Source of the DNA: Squalus acanthias | Lineage: Eukaryota | DNA: 64,000 bases | Direction of reading: 5' to 3' | Assembly (NCBI GenBank): GCA_030390025.1 | Contig: CM059432.1 | Coordinates: forward strand, 105,526,001 to 105,590,000 | In this document: in pieces, positions 53,679-64,000 of the stretch | Layout of the letters: each line of letters opens with the position of its first letter | Position numbering within the stretch: the stretch's first letter is position 1 | Notes under the pieces: generated by a model | What the model saw: only the letters and a program-made list of their open reading frames with translations | Database searches by the model: none | What the model was told of the DNA's origin: nothing | Made by a program: the position numbers and the translations under genes

Positions 53679-56545
53679 AAGGTGACTGTGGCCTTGAATT
53701 TTTCATGGGGAAGCCCACTATCCTGAGAGAAGACAATGTAGTCCCTTCTCCTGGAGTACAGAGCCTCAGTGACCTCCCAGATGCAGCGATGGATGGTGAA
53801 CTGTGAGATGTTTGCTAGGTCACCTGTTCCCCCAGAAGGATCTAGCCACATACAAATCACCCAAACACCAAAAATACAAGACTAGAAAATGCAAAATATC
53901 TAAGCCCCATAAACAAAATTCCTTGGGTCAGTGGTAGCACTCTCACTTTTGTGTTAAAAGGTTGTGGCTGCATGCCCCACTCCCGAGTTTTAAGTATATA
54001 ATCTAGGCACCATCGACTGCACACACGTGGCTTTGCAGGTGCCGCATCTCAATGGTAAGATGTACCGTAACCACAACGTGTTCCACTCACTTAATGTACA
54101 GTTGGTGTGCAACCACACCCAGCACAACATGCTGATGAATGCCTGCTATCCTGGCAGCAGTCATGATGCGTTAATCCTGCGCCAGTCCGGTGTGCCAACA
54201 CTCTACCAGCCACCACGTCGAACCCAAGGGTGGCTGCTCGGCGACAGGGACATTCCAGGCTAAACCTGGCTGATGGCTCCCCTCCGCATCCTCACCACTC
54301 ATGGCCAGCACTCATATAATGAGAGCCATGCTACCAAAACAAGGTTTTGATAGAGTAGATACAGAGAGAGTGTTTCCACTTGTGGGGAAAAGCATAACTA
54401 GAGGCCATCAATATAAGATAGTCACCAAGAAATTAAATAGGGAATTCAGAAGAAACTTCTTTACCCAGAAAGTGGTGAGTATGTGGAACTCACTACCACA
54501 GGATGTAGTATGGATGCATTTAAGGGGAGGTTAGATAACCATATGAGGGAGAAGGGAATAGAGGGTTATGCTGATAGAGTTAGATGAGGAAAGACGGGAG
54601 GAGGCTCGAGTGGAGCATAAATGCCGGCATGGACTGGTTGGGCCGAATAGCCTGTTTCTGTGCCGTATATCCTATGTATTCCTATGAATGTCAACGAGCA
54701 GACCATCGGGGTGCTGAGGCAATGGTTCCGCTGCCTTGACTACTCAGGAGGAGCCCTCCAGTACTCACTGGAGGTGTCCCAATTCGTGGTGGTCTGCTGC
54801 ATCCTGCACAACCTGGCTATCATGAGGGCACAGCCCTTGCCAACACAGGTCCACGACCATCTCAGGAGGAGGAGGAAGGGAGGAGGCAGCCTGACATCCA
54901 CGTTCCGGACGTGCTGTCTGTGAGCACATCATCAGACTCCGGTTCCCCTGAATGAAACCCCACATCCCCGTTGCTCAACACTTCCCCACCTTACCATCCC
55001 TCTGTCACGGAATATCACAGCGTCCTCTTGGCCACAATGCTGAAATGAAAGCCACCACAAAACAAACATTCCAAACCACATTTATAAATCAGTCAATCCA
55101 ATACTACATTACAAAGTCAACTAATCACCCTAGTGCATTCCCTTAGTGCCTGTCTTCTGTGTGTCTTTGCCTGTCCTAATGCTCCTATGCAGTGCTGCAG
55201 CAAGGCTGCTGGATTTCATTGGGCGAGACTGCAGATGGTCTTGCAGGACGACCTCGAGCAGCTCTGGGCCTAGAAGGCCTGGCTGCAGACTGCACCACCT
55301 CAACATGGGTGGCAGCAGTCTGGGCTGGCTGCCTGACAGGCAACAGCAAGGGTACTGTCGGAGTGGCAGTGGTGGGAGTACAAATGCTGTCATCCCGAGA
55401 AAGGACAGGAGACATCCACAGAGCCACTGCGACTCTCTCGGGGCAGTGCCTCAGCAATCCTTGTAATCTGTAGGAGGACAGATTGCTGGGTTGCTATGAC
55501 ACCCTACAAGCCCTTTACAACACTGGTAAATTTAGCCATGGCAGCTATCTGAGCTTGTGTGGCAGCAAGCTGAGCCTGCATGAGAGCAGTCTGAGCTTGC
55601 ATGACAGAAGTCTGAGCTTCCACTGCAACACTCAGACGTTGGGTCGCTTCCTCTTGTGCTGCAATGGAAGCTGAGACATCAGCTATCAGACGCTGCATCA
55701 TGGTTGGTCCACAAGTGCGCTAATGGAGTTGCCATCACTTCCATCCTGGAAATCATGGGCTCCAAGCACTGCCCAAAGGCCTGTGCAAAGTTAATGCCGG
55801 ACTCCCCCATGCTCCTTGACAGTGACAACAAGCTCTCTGGCAGGCCTGCCATTGCACCAAGCACTTCTGTGTGCATGCCCATCACCCTTCTTCTGTAGGC
55901 CACCCAATCGAAGTCCTCATCTGAGTCCTGTGCAGCAGAACTAGTATGCGACCTCGCCATTCGGGGAACTGGCACCTATGCTACCCTTTCCCACTGCCCA
56001 CTCGTGCCCAGTGACTCACCACGTGCAGATCCCACCTCTATAGTACCCTCTAAGGTACGTGCAGCACCAGTATCTGAGCTGGTGTCTAAGAGTGTGAGAT
56101 CAAATGACAGTGCCTCTTCTTCTCCATCACACTCCTCTTGCTCTTCCTGTACTAGCAGGCCAGGTTGGAGTTCTTGGGTATCCGAAAGGAGAAAGGCATA
56201 AGGGTAGGGATGTAGTGAGGGGAGAAAGCAAGATGTGCATCCTTACACCATCAACAGCTTGTAAGTGAGAAGAGATTGTGGGATGAGGGGCAAGTGGGAT
56301 GTGAGAAGGAGGATTAGGTATGAGCATACGGCTACGGCCTCAGTGACGGCTCTTCCAATAATATCCAATAAGGTCCTCGGGGCAAGACTTCTGGCAGTGA
56401 CTGCTTTGGCTATCTGCTCCCGTCACCTTCTCATAGTGTGTCCAGAGGGTCTCCTGGCCCCCTGCAGGTAGAGGACCTGTCTCCTCCTTTCTACCCCCTG
56501 CACTAAGGCCTCTAGTGATGTGTCCGAGAACGTTGGTGCCCTTTA
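53679..56545. mobile_element. Third Harbinger remnant: transposase (+, 53679-~54950, rearranged) and Myb/SANT gene (-, ~55130-56545)
   Basis: KVTVALNF, IDCTHVAL, HSLNVQLVC, GSSHDA, LLGDR and CCILHNLA on plus. Minus pieces YRRRVMGMHTEVLGAMAGLPESL and the coiled MQRLIADVSASIAAQ resemble Harbinger second-gene C-termini. Confidence 0.75.
54341..54686 (+). mobile_element. CR1 3' end inserted in the Harbinger transposase
   Basis: GFDRVDTERVFPLVGKSITRGH..RNFFTQKVVSMWNSLP, with a CCTATG-repeat tail. Confidence 0.82.
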
Positions 56546-56549
56546 TCAT

Positions 56550-56910
56550 CGGGATTTGGGCATCACTGGCAAGGCCAGAATTTATTGCCCATCCTAGTTG
56601 CCCTTAACTGAGTGGCTTGCTGGTCCACTTCAGAGCGCAATTAAGAGTCAGTCACATTGGTGTGGGACTGGAGTGACATATAGGCCAGACCAAGTAAGGT
56701 TGGCAGGTTTCCTTCCCTAAAGGACATTAATGAACCAGTTGGGTTTTTATGACAATCCGACAGCTTCATGGTCACTTTTACTGATACCAGCTTTTTATTT
56801 CCAGGCTTCTTTTGTGAAACTGAATTAAATTTTCAATAATTATGTCATAGTGGGATTTAAACTCAAGTTTTTTTGGATTACTAGTCCAGTAACATAAGCA
56901 CTACACCATC
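56550..56910 (-). mobile_element. tRNA-headed SINE sharing head and core with 3749-4075
   Basis: Reverse complement of the core CATGAA..CGGATTGTC.TAAAAACCCA.CTGGTTCA.TAATGTCCTTTAGGGAAGGAAA, then a short LINE-like tail GGATGGGCAATAAAT..CTGGCCTTGCCAG. Confidence 0.72.
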
Positions 56911-57852
56911 TTATCTGTTCACCCCATTTAATGCTGAAACATAAATATTGTAGCCTTGCAAAAAGGATCTATACACTGTAAGTTAATGCAAGAAAGTTCT
57001 GAAAATTATAAATAGCTCATTGCAAATGCTACAAACAAGTTACTTCAAAATTTATAATTCTCTGTACTGTCACCTATGAATGAAGGCTATCAATTGCATG
57101 AAATGTTACTAAATATTGTTAATTAGTATATCAATGGAAACAAACCAACCAATTCTTGAGGAAACAGCTGGTAAAGTGTGGCACACATCAGTTTTCAAAA
57201 ATAGTGCTGCACCTTGGATCTAGACTGGTATGTGTGCTGCCAAGTTATGAGAACAATTATGAGTTATTCTTTCTACTGAATACTCCAATGGTTCCTGTGC
57301 TGTAACAGATGATTTGATTTTTATTCCAGTTCTTTCCTCTTTTCTACTCTCCTCTCCTAAAGGCGCTGACCCTTTCTAATTCATGGTTTAGTGTTCCTGC
57401 TCTCCGGTACTTGTCCCAAGTAACTACTCTTCATTTGTGAGCCAGTCAGTGAGCGTTGGCAAGCTATTTGACTGAGGGTGGGGTTTTGGATGGGGAGGCA
57501 CCATAACTAAGGCTGATCCTCACCTGGTGTTCAACCACATGCAGCTTCCAGTAAGGCTCACTGCAGTTAAAAACAGGAATCCTGCCTAATTATCTTTATC
57601 TGCCTAGCTCACCGTGCTTGAAGCCAGTTGGTGAGCCCTTGCAGTTGTTCCAGTTGAGAGCAGCTATCTCAGCTCAAACCAGGCATCCAACTCAGGACAG
57701 CCTGTTCTTGCCCCACGGAACTTATCTCTTCCTATCTCGACTCTATTTTTTCTCCCCTTGTCCAGTCTCTTCCCACCTACATCCGCGACTCTTCCGACGC
57801 CCTCCGCCATTTTAAGTTTCCAGTTTCCCGGCCCCAACTGCTACTTTTCACT

Positions 57853-59244
57853 ATGGACGTACAATCCCTCTACACCTCCATCCCCCACCAGGATGGCCTG
57901 AGGGCGCTCCGCTTCTTCCTTGAACAGAGGCCCAACCAGTCCCCATCCACCACCACCCTCCTCCGCCTGGCTGAACTTGTTCTCACGTTGAACAACTTCT
58001 CCTTTGACTCCACTCATTTCCTCCAAATCAAAGGTGTTGCTATGGGTACCCGCATGGGTCCTAGCTATGCCTGCCTTTTTGTGGGACATGTGGAACACTC
58101 TTTGTTCCAGTCCTACTCGGGTCCCCTCCCTCACCTCTTTTTCCGGTACATTGATGACTGTATCGGTGCCGTCTCCTGCTCTCGACCTGAACTAGAAAAT
58201 TTCATTCACTTTGCTTCCAATTTCCACCCTTCCCTCACCTTCACATGGTCCATCTCCGACTCTTCCCTTCCCTTCCTCGACTTCTCCGTCTCCATCTCTG
58301 GGGATAGGTTATTGACAAACATTCACTACAAGCCCACTGACTCCCACAGCAACCTGGACTACACTTCCGCCCACCCCGCCTCCTGTAAGGACTCTATTCC
58401 ATTCTCCCAGTTTCTCCGTCTCCGCCGCATCTGCTCTGACGATGCCACCTTCCATACCAGTGCTTCCGACATATCTTCCTTTTTCCTCAACCGAGGATTC
58501 CCCTCTACTGTGGTTGACACGGCCCTCGACCGTGTCCGTTCTATCTCCCACACTTCTGCCCTCACCCCTGCCCCTCCCTCCCGGAACCACGATAGAGTTC
58601 CCCTTGTCCTCACCTTTCACCCCACCAGCCTCCACATTCAACGGATCATCCTCCGCCATTTCCGCCACCTCCAGCGTGATCCCACCACCAAACGCATTCT
58701 CTCACCTCCCCTTTCAGCATTCCGTAGGGACCGCTCCCTCCATGACACCCTAGTCCACTCCTCTACCACCCCCAGCACCCCATCCCACTCCTCTACCACC
58801 CCCAGCACCCCTTCCCCTTCGCCCGGCACCTTCCCGTGCAAGCGCAGGAGATGCAACACATGCCCTTATACCTCCCCCCTTCCCACTGTCCAGGGCCCAA
58901 AACACCCCTTCCAGGTGAAACAGCGATTTACTTGTACTTCTTGCAATTTAGTATACTGTATCCGCTGCTCACGATGTGGTCTCCTCTACATTGGGGAGAC
59001 CAAACGCAGATTGGGTGACTGCTTTGCGGAACACCTCCGTTCAGTCCGTAAGGGGGACCCCGAGCTCCCGGTGGCCTGTCACTTTAATTCACCGCTCCAT
59101 TCCCACTCAGACCTCACCGTCCTCGGCCTCTTGCATTGTTCCACGGAAGCTCAGCGTAAGCTCGAGGAACAGCACCTCATCTTTCGATTAGGCACTCTAC
59201 AGCCCTCTGGACTCAACATAGAGTTCAACAATTTCAGATCATAA
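57853..59244 (+). CDS. Penelope RT and GIY-YIG endonuclease (partial)
   Basis: MDVQSLYTSIP, GVAMGTRMGPSYA, RYIDD, PCKRRRCNTC, NLVYCIRCSRCGLLYIGET, EQHLIFRLGTLQPSGLN. Confidence 0.9.
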   Translation: MDVQSLYTSIPHQDGLRALRFFLEQRPNQSPSTTTLLRLAELVLTLNNFSFDSTHFLQIKGVAMGTRMGPSYACLFVGHVEHSLFQSYSGPLPHLFFRYIDDCIGAVSCSRPELENFIHFASNFHPSLTFTWSISDSSLPFLDFSVSISGDRLLTNIHYKPTDSHSNLDYTSAHPASCKDSIPFSQFLRLRRICSDDATFHTSASDISSFFLNRGFPSTVVDTALDRVRSISHTSALTPAPPSRNHDRVPLVLTFHPTSLHIQRIILRHFRHLQRDPTTKRILSPPLSAFRRDRSLHDTLVHSSTTPSTPSHSSTTPSTPSPSPGTFPCKRRRCNTCPYTSPLPTVQGPKHPFQVKQRFTCTSCNLVYCIRCSRCGLLYIGETKRRLGDCFAEHLRSVRKGDPELPVACHFNSPLHSHSDLTVLGLLHCSTEAQRKLEEQHLIFRLGTLQPSGLNIEFNNFRS

Positions 59245-59565
59245 CCTCGGCCCCTAGCACATATATATTTTTTTTTTATCCACCCTTTTTTTCTTCCCTC
59301 CCACATGTCAGCTGTCCTTCATTCTGCCAGCGCAATTCACACTTCATCTAGAGCCATCCTTTGTTCCTTAACCTGTCCCATTACCACCTCCTCTTGCCTT
59401 GAATATCTCTTAATATCTCTCAGTGTCTCTTAATCTCTCCTGCTTTCTATCCTATCACTGACCTTCCCTTTTGTTCTTTCATCCCCTCCCCTAAACTTGC
59501 TTTAAAATCTATTCCACTTCCTGCTTTTTTCCAGTTCTGACGAAAGGTCTTCGACCTGAAACGTT

Positions 59566-60282
59566 GGCCCAGAAATTCCGGTTGGAGGCTTCCCGCGGGT
59601 GCAAGCCCCCGACCTGCACTTAAGAAGCGCGCCTACCGTTATGCTCTGGGCCCGCACAGAATTCCGTTCCTGTGCCTGCTCCAGCTGCCGGTGTGCAGGG
59701 CAGGCGTATCCCAGGGGCGAAGCTAGTTCGCAGTGTCCCTGGGATCACGTGGGCCATGGGGAGCCAATCGGAGCAGGGAATCTCCATTCATAGATTTGAC
59801 AAGAAGACCTGTCAAATCTATGAATAGAGATCGGCCCCAAAACCTAAGTAAAACTTCAAATAATTTTTTTTAAAAACATCACATTTTTTAAATAAATTAC
59901 ATAAATTAACTACTTTAAACAAAAATTTAAATTTTTGAAAAAAATAATTAAAGTTTTTAACGGGGCTAAAAATAAACTTACCTTTCTTTAAAGTATTTTA
60001 AAATGATAAACCTGTGGTAAAAATGTTTTACTTTTACTTTCTTCACCTCTTACCTTGTTAAAAGCAGGCCTTGCACCTGCTTTTTCCACGCGCAGCTGCT
60101 AGGGACTTACCCGCACTGCATCAACTGAGAAAAAAACGGAAGTTCAATGCGTACGCGCTGCCTCTCCGGCGCACGCGGTTGACCTGTGAACCCCTTCCTT
60201 CAAGAAGTTTCCGGCACTTCCGTTGGCCCTACGGGTGAGTACACAGCGCGTACTCACCCGTAGGGAACGGAATTTCAGGGCC
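59566..60282. mobile_element. 717-bp Harbinger-type MITE
   Basis: TIRs GGCCCAGAAATTCCG and CGGAATTTCAGGGCC (14/15 match), 3-bp TSD GTT at 59563-59565 and 60283-60285. Confidence 0.88.
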
Positions 60283-61721
60283 GTTAACTCTGTTTCTCTC
60301 TCCACGGATGCTGCCTGGCCTGCTGAGTTTTTCCAGCGTTTTCTGTTGCTATTTCAGGACCTTTCTTGTCTGCATGACTCAGTTTAATACTATTCTGAGC
60401 ATTCTAAACCATTCGAGGAACTGCGGACCCATATTTAACTGAACTTCCTTATTCCACCATAAAATATGCTGGGGCATTCATTATAATGAGAATGCTCGTT
60501 TCATTTCAAAAGTTGAACAGTTGCTGCCATTGATATGAATAATCTGTCATTGACTCTGTGTGAGTTTCAGTCATAGAATTAGTACTGTTTAATGGAATGT
60601 AAAAGAAATGTTTGTATAAATCATCTTTCCTTGACTTCATGCTAAACCTGAGGATTTTGCTGCTGTTACTAATGAACTGAACTTGAAAATTACAGATTTG
60701 ATGCACAAAGCTTTTTCTTTTAAAAACGGTTACTAATATTATTGTAAAACTAGAAAGTGACTCCAGTGAAAAAATTCTCTTTGGGCACTAATTAGGCAAA
60801 GGTAGCTACTTCTCATGGATTAATTACATGGGGAGTTGTTTGGCCACAGTACAAGGGTGAGCATTCGGTGGGTCTTGATGTGTTAAAACCTAGACAAATA
60901 TACACCTTTGTGTTCATTAATGCTATCGGATTACAGGCACTTTGTTAATAAAGTCATTGAATTTAGGTGTCTCTGGCTCCTTTGATGCACCTGTGATTCA
61001 GACAGCAACATATTTACAGGAAAACATGTGAAGTGGGAACTAGTTGTTGTTGTCTAGTTTGGCTGGTTCGATGACAACTTCACTAGATCAGATGCTGCAA
61101 TGGCAGAACATGGTTTAATTGCTATTTAGTCATCAAGATCAGGGAATTTATCAACACAATCTGAAAACCTATCAGCCAGATTGGCAGACAAAATTGTCAA
61201 TGAATCATGGAAACCGATTTGTAAACCAATCAGCAAATTTGTTTCATGGCAATGTGAGAGTCTATTCGATTCCTGCTTCAAGCATACCTCAGGGTATTCC
61301 AGCAAGGATTTGCAGCTATTTTTGTTTGATGACAAATTTTGATTTTTTTTTGATTGAGGGGCAATATCAAGTAAAAATAAACCACATCTAAATGTTTTAA
61401 AATAGATTGTTTGCAAACAATCTATCTACTAGATGTTATAAATCAACAGCAAACGTAAGATTCTCCACTTCATGTAAATAAGATTCAGCAAAGGTTCAGA
61501 AACTTGTTTGAACTATTTGTGTATATCAGGATTTGACACCAGTTTTCAGCCAATCAGAACCCAGTTTTAATCCTGACACATACTCTACACACAGTATGTT
61601 TATCATTACAGTTAAATGCTGTAGTGTGTCACTGTCAGCAAACAATCATCTACTAAGATTTCTGATGCCAAATCTAATGCTTTCCTGTCACACTACTTCT
61701 TCCCCTGCCAGGCTAATGCAT

Positions 61722-62020
61722 TCACATCACTTTGTTTATTCGAAGCCTACGCAACAGCTTTCTGAAAACATTGCGAATGTTGGCTTTTTTCAGGCCGTGC
61801 ATTAGGCCCTTCACAGTATCCATATCCAAGTTTTCAATTTTCCATTGTTTCAGAAGATGGAAGGTTTGAACTTGGCCCGCATTTGTCCTCTCAGCCCATT
61901 CCAAGTGTTGTGTGTTTATTTTCTTCCCAGGTAAACGCTCCAATAGTATTCTCAGCTGCTTAGAAGTCAGTTTTTGACGGGCGATAAATTTAAAGACTGC
62001 CTCATCGCAGAGGGCAATAT
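61722..62020 (-). CDS. TNFRSF11B: Last coding exon of an osteoprotegerin-like (TNFRSF11B/TNFRSF6B family) decoy receptor, death-domain-like
   Basis: AG acceptor at 62021-62022, phase 1. (D)IALCDEAVFKF..LLERLPGKKIN..QTFHLLKQWKIEN.DMDTVKGLMHGLKK..TGA resembles OPG death domains. Orthology to 11B versus 6B is uncertain. Confidence 0.78.
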
Positions 62021-62926
62021 CTAAGGAGAACAAGAAAACTTATTGAGGATTATATTATCAATCAATCCCTATATGAAATGTTTCCACCACAAAGTTGTGT
62101 TCGCAGCTTTACCATTCTGGTGCAGATCTTTTGCTGACATTAGGTTAAAAAGGAAGATCCATACCTGAGTTCTCGTTAAAATAACATTGCGGAATTGATG
62201 ACATCATCAGGCCATGACTTTTACATTTCAGTTAGGCTCCCTAGAAAGGCCTATGGCGGGTAGCCTCGGCCAATTTGAAAGTTGGCGAAGAGAATATGGT
62301 GTCAGAGGAGTTCAAAGTGACCTTAAGTTGACTCATTGAGTTTAACCCCTTCCATGCACCATTCCCACCTAGCAAGGGGGATTTAAAATTGACCCCAATT
62401 GAGGATCTCAATTAGATGGACAGTTGTTCAAGGATTAAGTGATGGATTGGGCAACTTTTTTTTAACAAACTGGGCTAATGACTTTTTGAGCCTCTCTAGA
62501 CTATTGTGTTTTTTAAAATAAAACAAGACTTGCAAGTCCTGTTTGGAGACCTAACCTAGTACAAATGTAAATTGCCAATCTTTTCTGATAGAAAATGAAA
62601 ATTTGTGGTCACGCATCACATAAGTTGCATTCCTCCGTGAATATTTTGCATCATGGTGGACTCGCAAATTTGTCAACTAAAATTAAATTTTGTTGGCCGT
62701 GCCACATATTTTATGATGGGCCAGTTAATTTTAAATTAAATAGTTATCTAACTTGACATTTAACAGTTTCAATTGTAGCTAAGTGGACCATCAACTCTTT
62801 AATAGGCTTCTTCTGAAATAAATGAAGGCTAGAACAAGTTGTCAATGTTTTTAATCATGAAACAATTTAGAAGACGTAATTTTACAAAGTGATGTTTTAT
62901 ATATGCGTAAATAGACAAATATTTAC

Positions 62927-63142
62927 CTTTCTTTATTCGTGGGTCAAAACACTCTAAGCTTGATGCATCTCTGTTCTGACATGGCTGGCACACATTATCT
63001 TGAAATGCATCTCCTTGAAGAACCTGTTTCAAACCAAGCACAGTGCAATTTGTGTGCTTTTGACAGGGTTGCTTGGCAGACGTATTAACTGAGAAGAAGC
63101 CCTTTGGACACTTTATGCACTCTGTATTGATATATGGGGTTC
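62927..63142 (-). CDS. TNFRSF11B: Internal exon (end of CRD3 and CRD4) of the same OPG-like gene; upstream exons lie beyond the window
   Basis: 216-nt phase 1-1 exon with pyrimidine tract-CAG acceptor (63143-63144) and GTAAAT donor (62925-62926). GTPYINTECIKCPKGFFSVNTSAKQPCQKHTNC..GDAFQDNVC parallels OPG GTPERNTVCKRCPDGFFSNETSSKAPCRKHTNC. Confidence 0.88.
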
Positions 63143-63294
63143 CTGGAGAGACAAAAAGGGGAAGTCGTAAATATACAGACAAGAACCACAATCTCTTCTA
63201 TAACTAGCTGTCTTAAATGCACAATGTTTAATACAGCAATATAAATAACCTGTATTGTTCAGTAATCCTGGTGTTGTTTTTTTTTTTAAATCAT

Positions 63295-63500
63295 GTAATA
63301 AATCCAGTAAGCAATTCTGGAGAAACTTCTCTACCCAGAGAATGGCTAGAATGTGGAACTTGCTACCACATGGAGTGGTTGATGCGAATAGCATAGATGC
63401 ATTTAAGGGGAAGCTAGATAAACACATGAGGGAGAAAGCAATAGAGGATATGCTGATAGGGTGAGATGAAGTAGGGTGGGAAAAGGCTTGTGTGGAGCAT
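63295..63500 (+). mobile_element. Intronic CR1 3' fragment
   Basis: RNFSTQRMARMWNLLPHGVVDANSIDAFKGKLDKHMREK; similar to 54440-54620. Confidence 0.8.
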
Positions 63501-64000
63501 AATGAGTAGGAGGCAAAGCAATGAATCTTCATTTCCATACAGTTGAGATTCTTAAAAGGAAGAATATTTTTAGCTTAGAATAAATTAATTACCAAAGATT
63601 AATGATGGAAAAGTAGTGAGGAGAGGGGTAGATATTTGAACACCCTTCATCAAAATGCAGTTCTGGCGGTGGGGTCTGTGCATGTTTTCATTCTTTTCTC
63701 TGTTTTGAGACTGGCAGACCTATTGCATGTTTCCAATGTTCTCTGTTTTCCTTTCCCACCTCCTGAATGTGTAGGGGGTTCCTTCTTTCCCTCTTTTTTT
63801 CCCCTCTTTCTTTTCTTTCTTTAATTATTCCCATTTCCTTGTCTTTTTCCTTGTGTGAACCTCTCCCTTGTCTTTTCACCATGTCAGCTAACATTTACAT
63901 TTTCTAACAGTTTTCCATTAAAAGGTTTTCAGGTCATCAATCCATTAACTTCCTCTCTATAACAGGAGAATTTGTTGTTTCTTTTTTTCTTTTTCAACCG

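Larger units (their letters stand above)
57701..60355 (+). mobile_element. Penelope-like element family B (5' truncated): RT, GIY-YIG and pseudo-LTR interrupted by a MITE
   Basis: Upstream piece SCPTELISSYLDSIFSPLVQSLPTYIRDS, the 463-aa ORF, and a pseudo-LTR with hammerhead at 59533-59565. Confidence 0.92.

Noticed and set aside
61126..61416. Minus-strand ORF downstream of the OPG-like stop as a possible second death-domain exon
   Set aside because: No D..LC start or death-domain motifs; more likely 3' UTR.
1..64000. CRISPR arrays, operons or other prokaryotic systems
   Set aside because: Vertebrate repeat landscape with spliced exons; no regularly spaced repeat-spacer array seen.

Overview
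Vertebrate nuclear DNA, most likely from a cartilaginous fish (inferred from the CR1, Deu-SINE, Penelope and Harbinger repeat families present). Most of the window is deeply nested transposable elements. These include several CR1 LINEs (two with uninterrupted ORF2s and SGNH-esterase ORF1s), L2 and RTE fragments, and a LINE with a tRNA-like head. There is a very young near-intact Ty3/Gypsy element (194-bp LTRs, one mismatch) sitting inside a solo LTR that sits inside a LINE. Two Penelope-like families carry hammerhead-ribozyme motifs. Three PIF/Harbinger remnants (transposase, two also with a Myb/SANT gene) and several Harbinger-type non-autonomous elements are present. The only host gene I can support is the 3' end (last two coding exons, minus strand, 61722-63142) of a soluble TNF decoy receptor of the osteoprotegerin (TNFRSF11B)/DcR3 (TNFRSF6B) family. 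The best leads are: (1) the Gypsy has no tRNA primer-binding site but an exact 11-nt PBS complementary to its own LTR, as in Tf1-type self-priming; (2) the OPG-like gene stops after one death domain that mixes features of both OPG death domains; (3) ~82-bp stand-alone hammerhead inserts; (4) a LINE and a SINE sharing a tRNA-like head. Family names come from motif recognition, not database searches.
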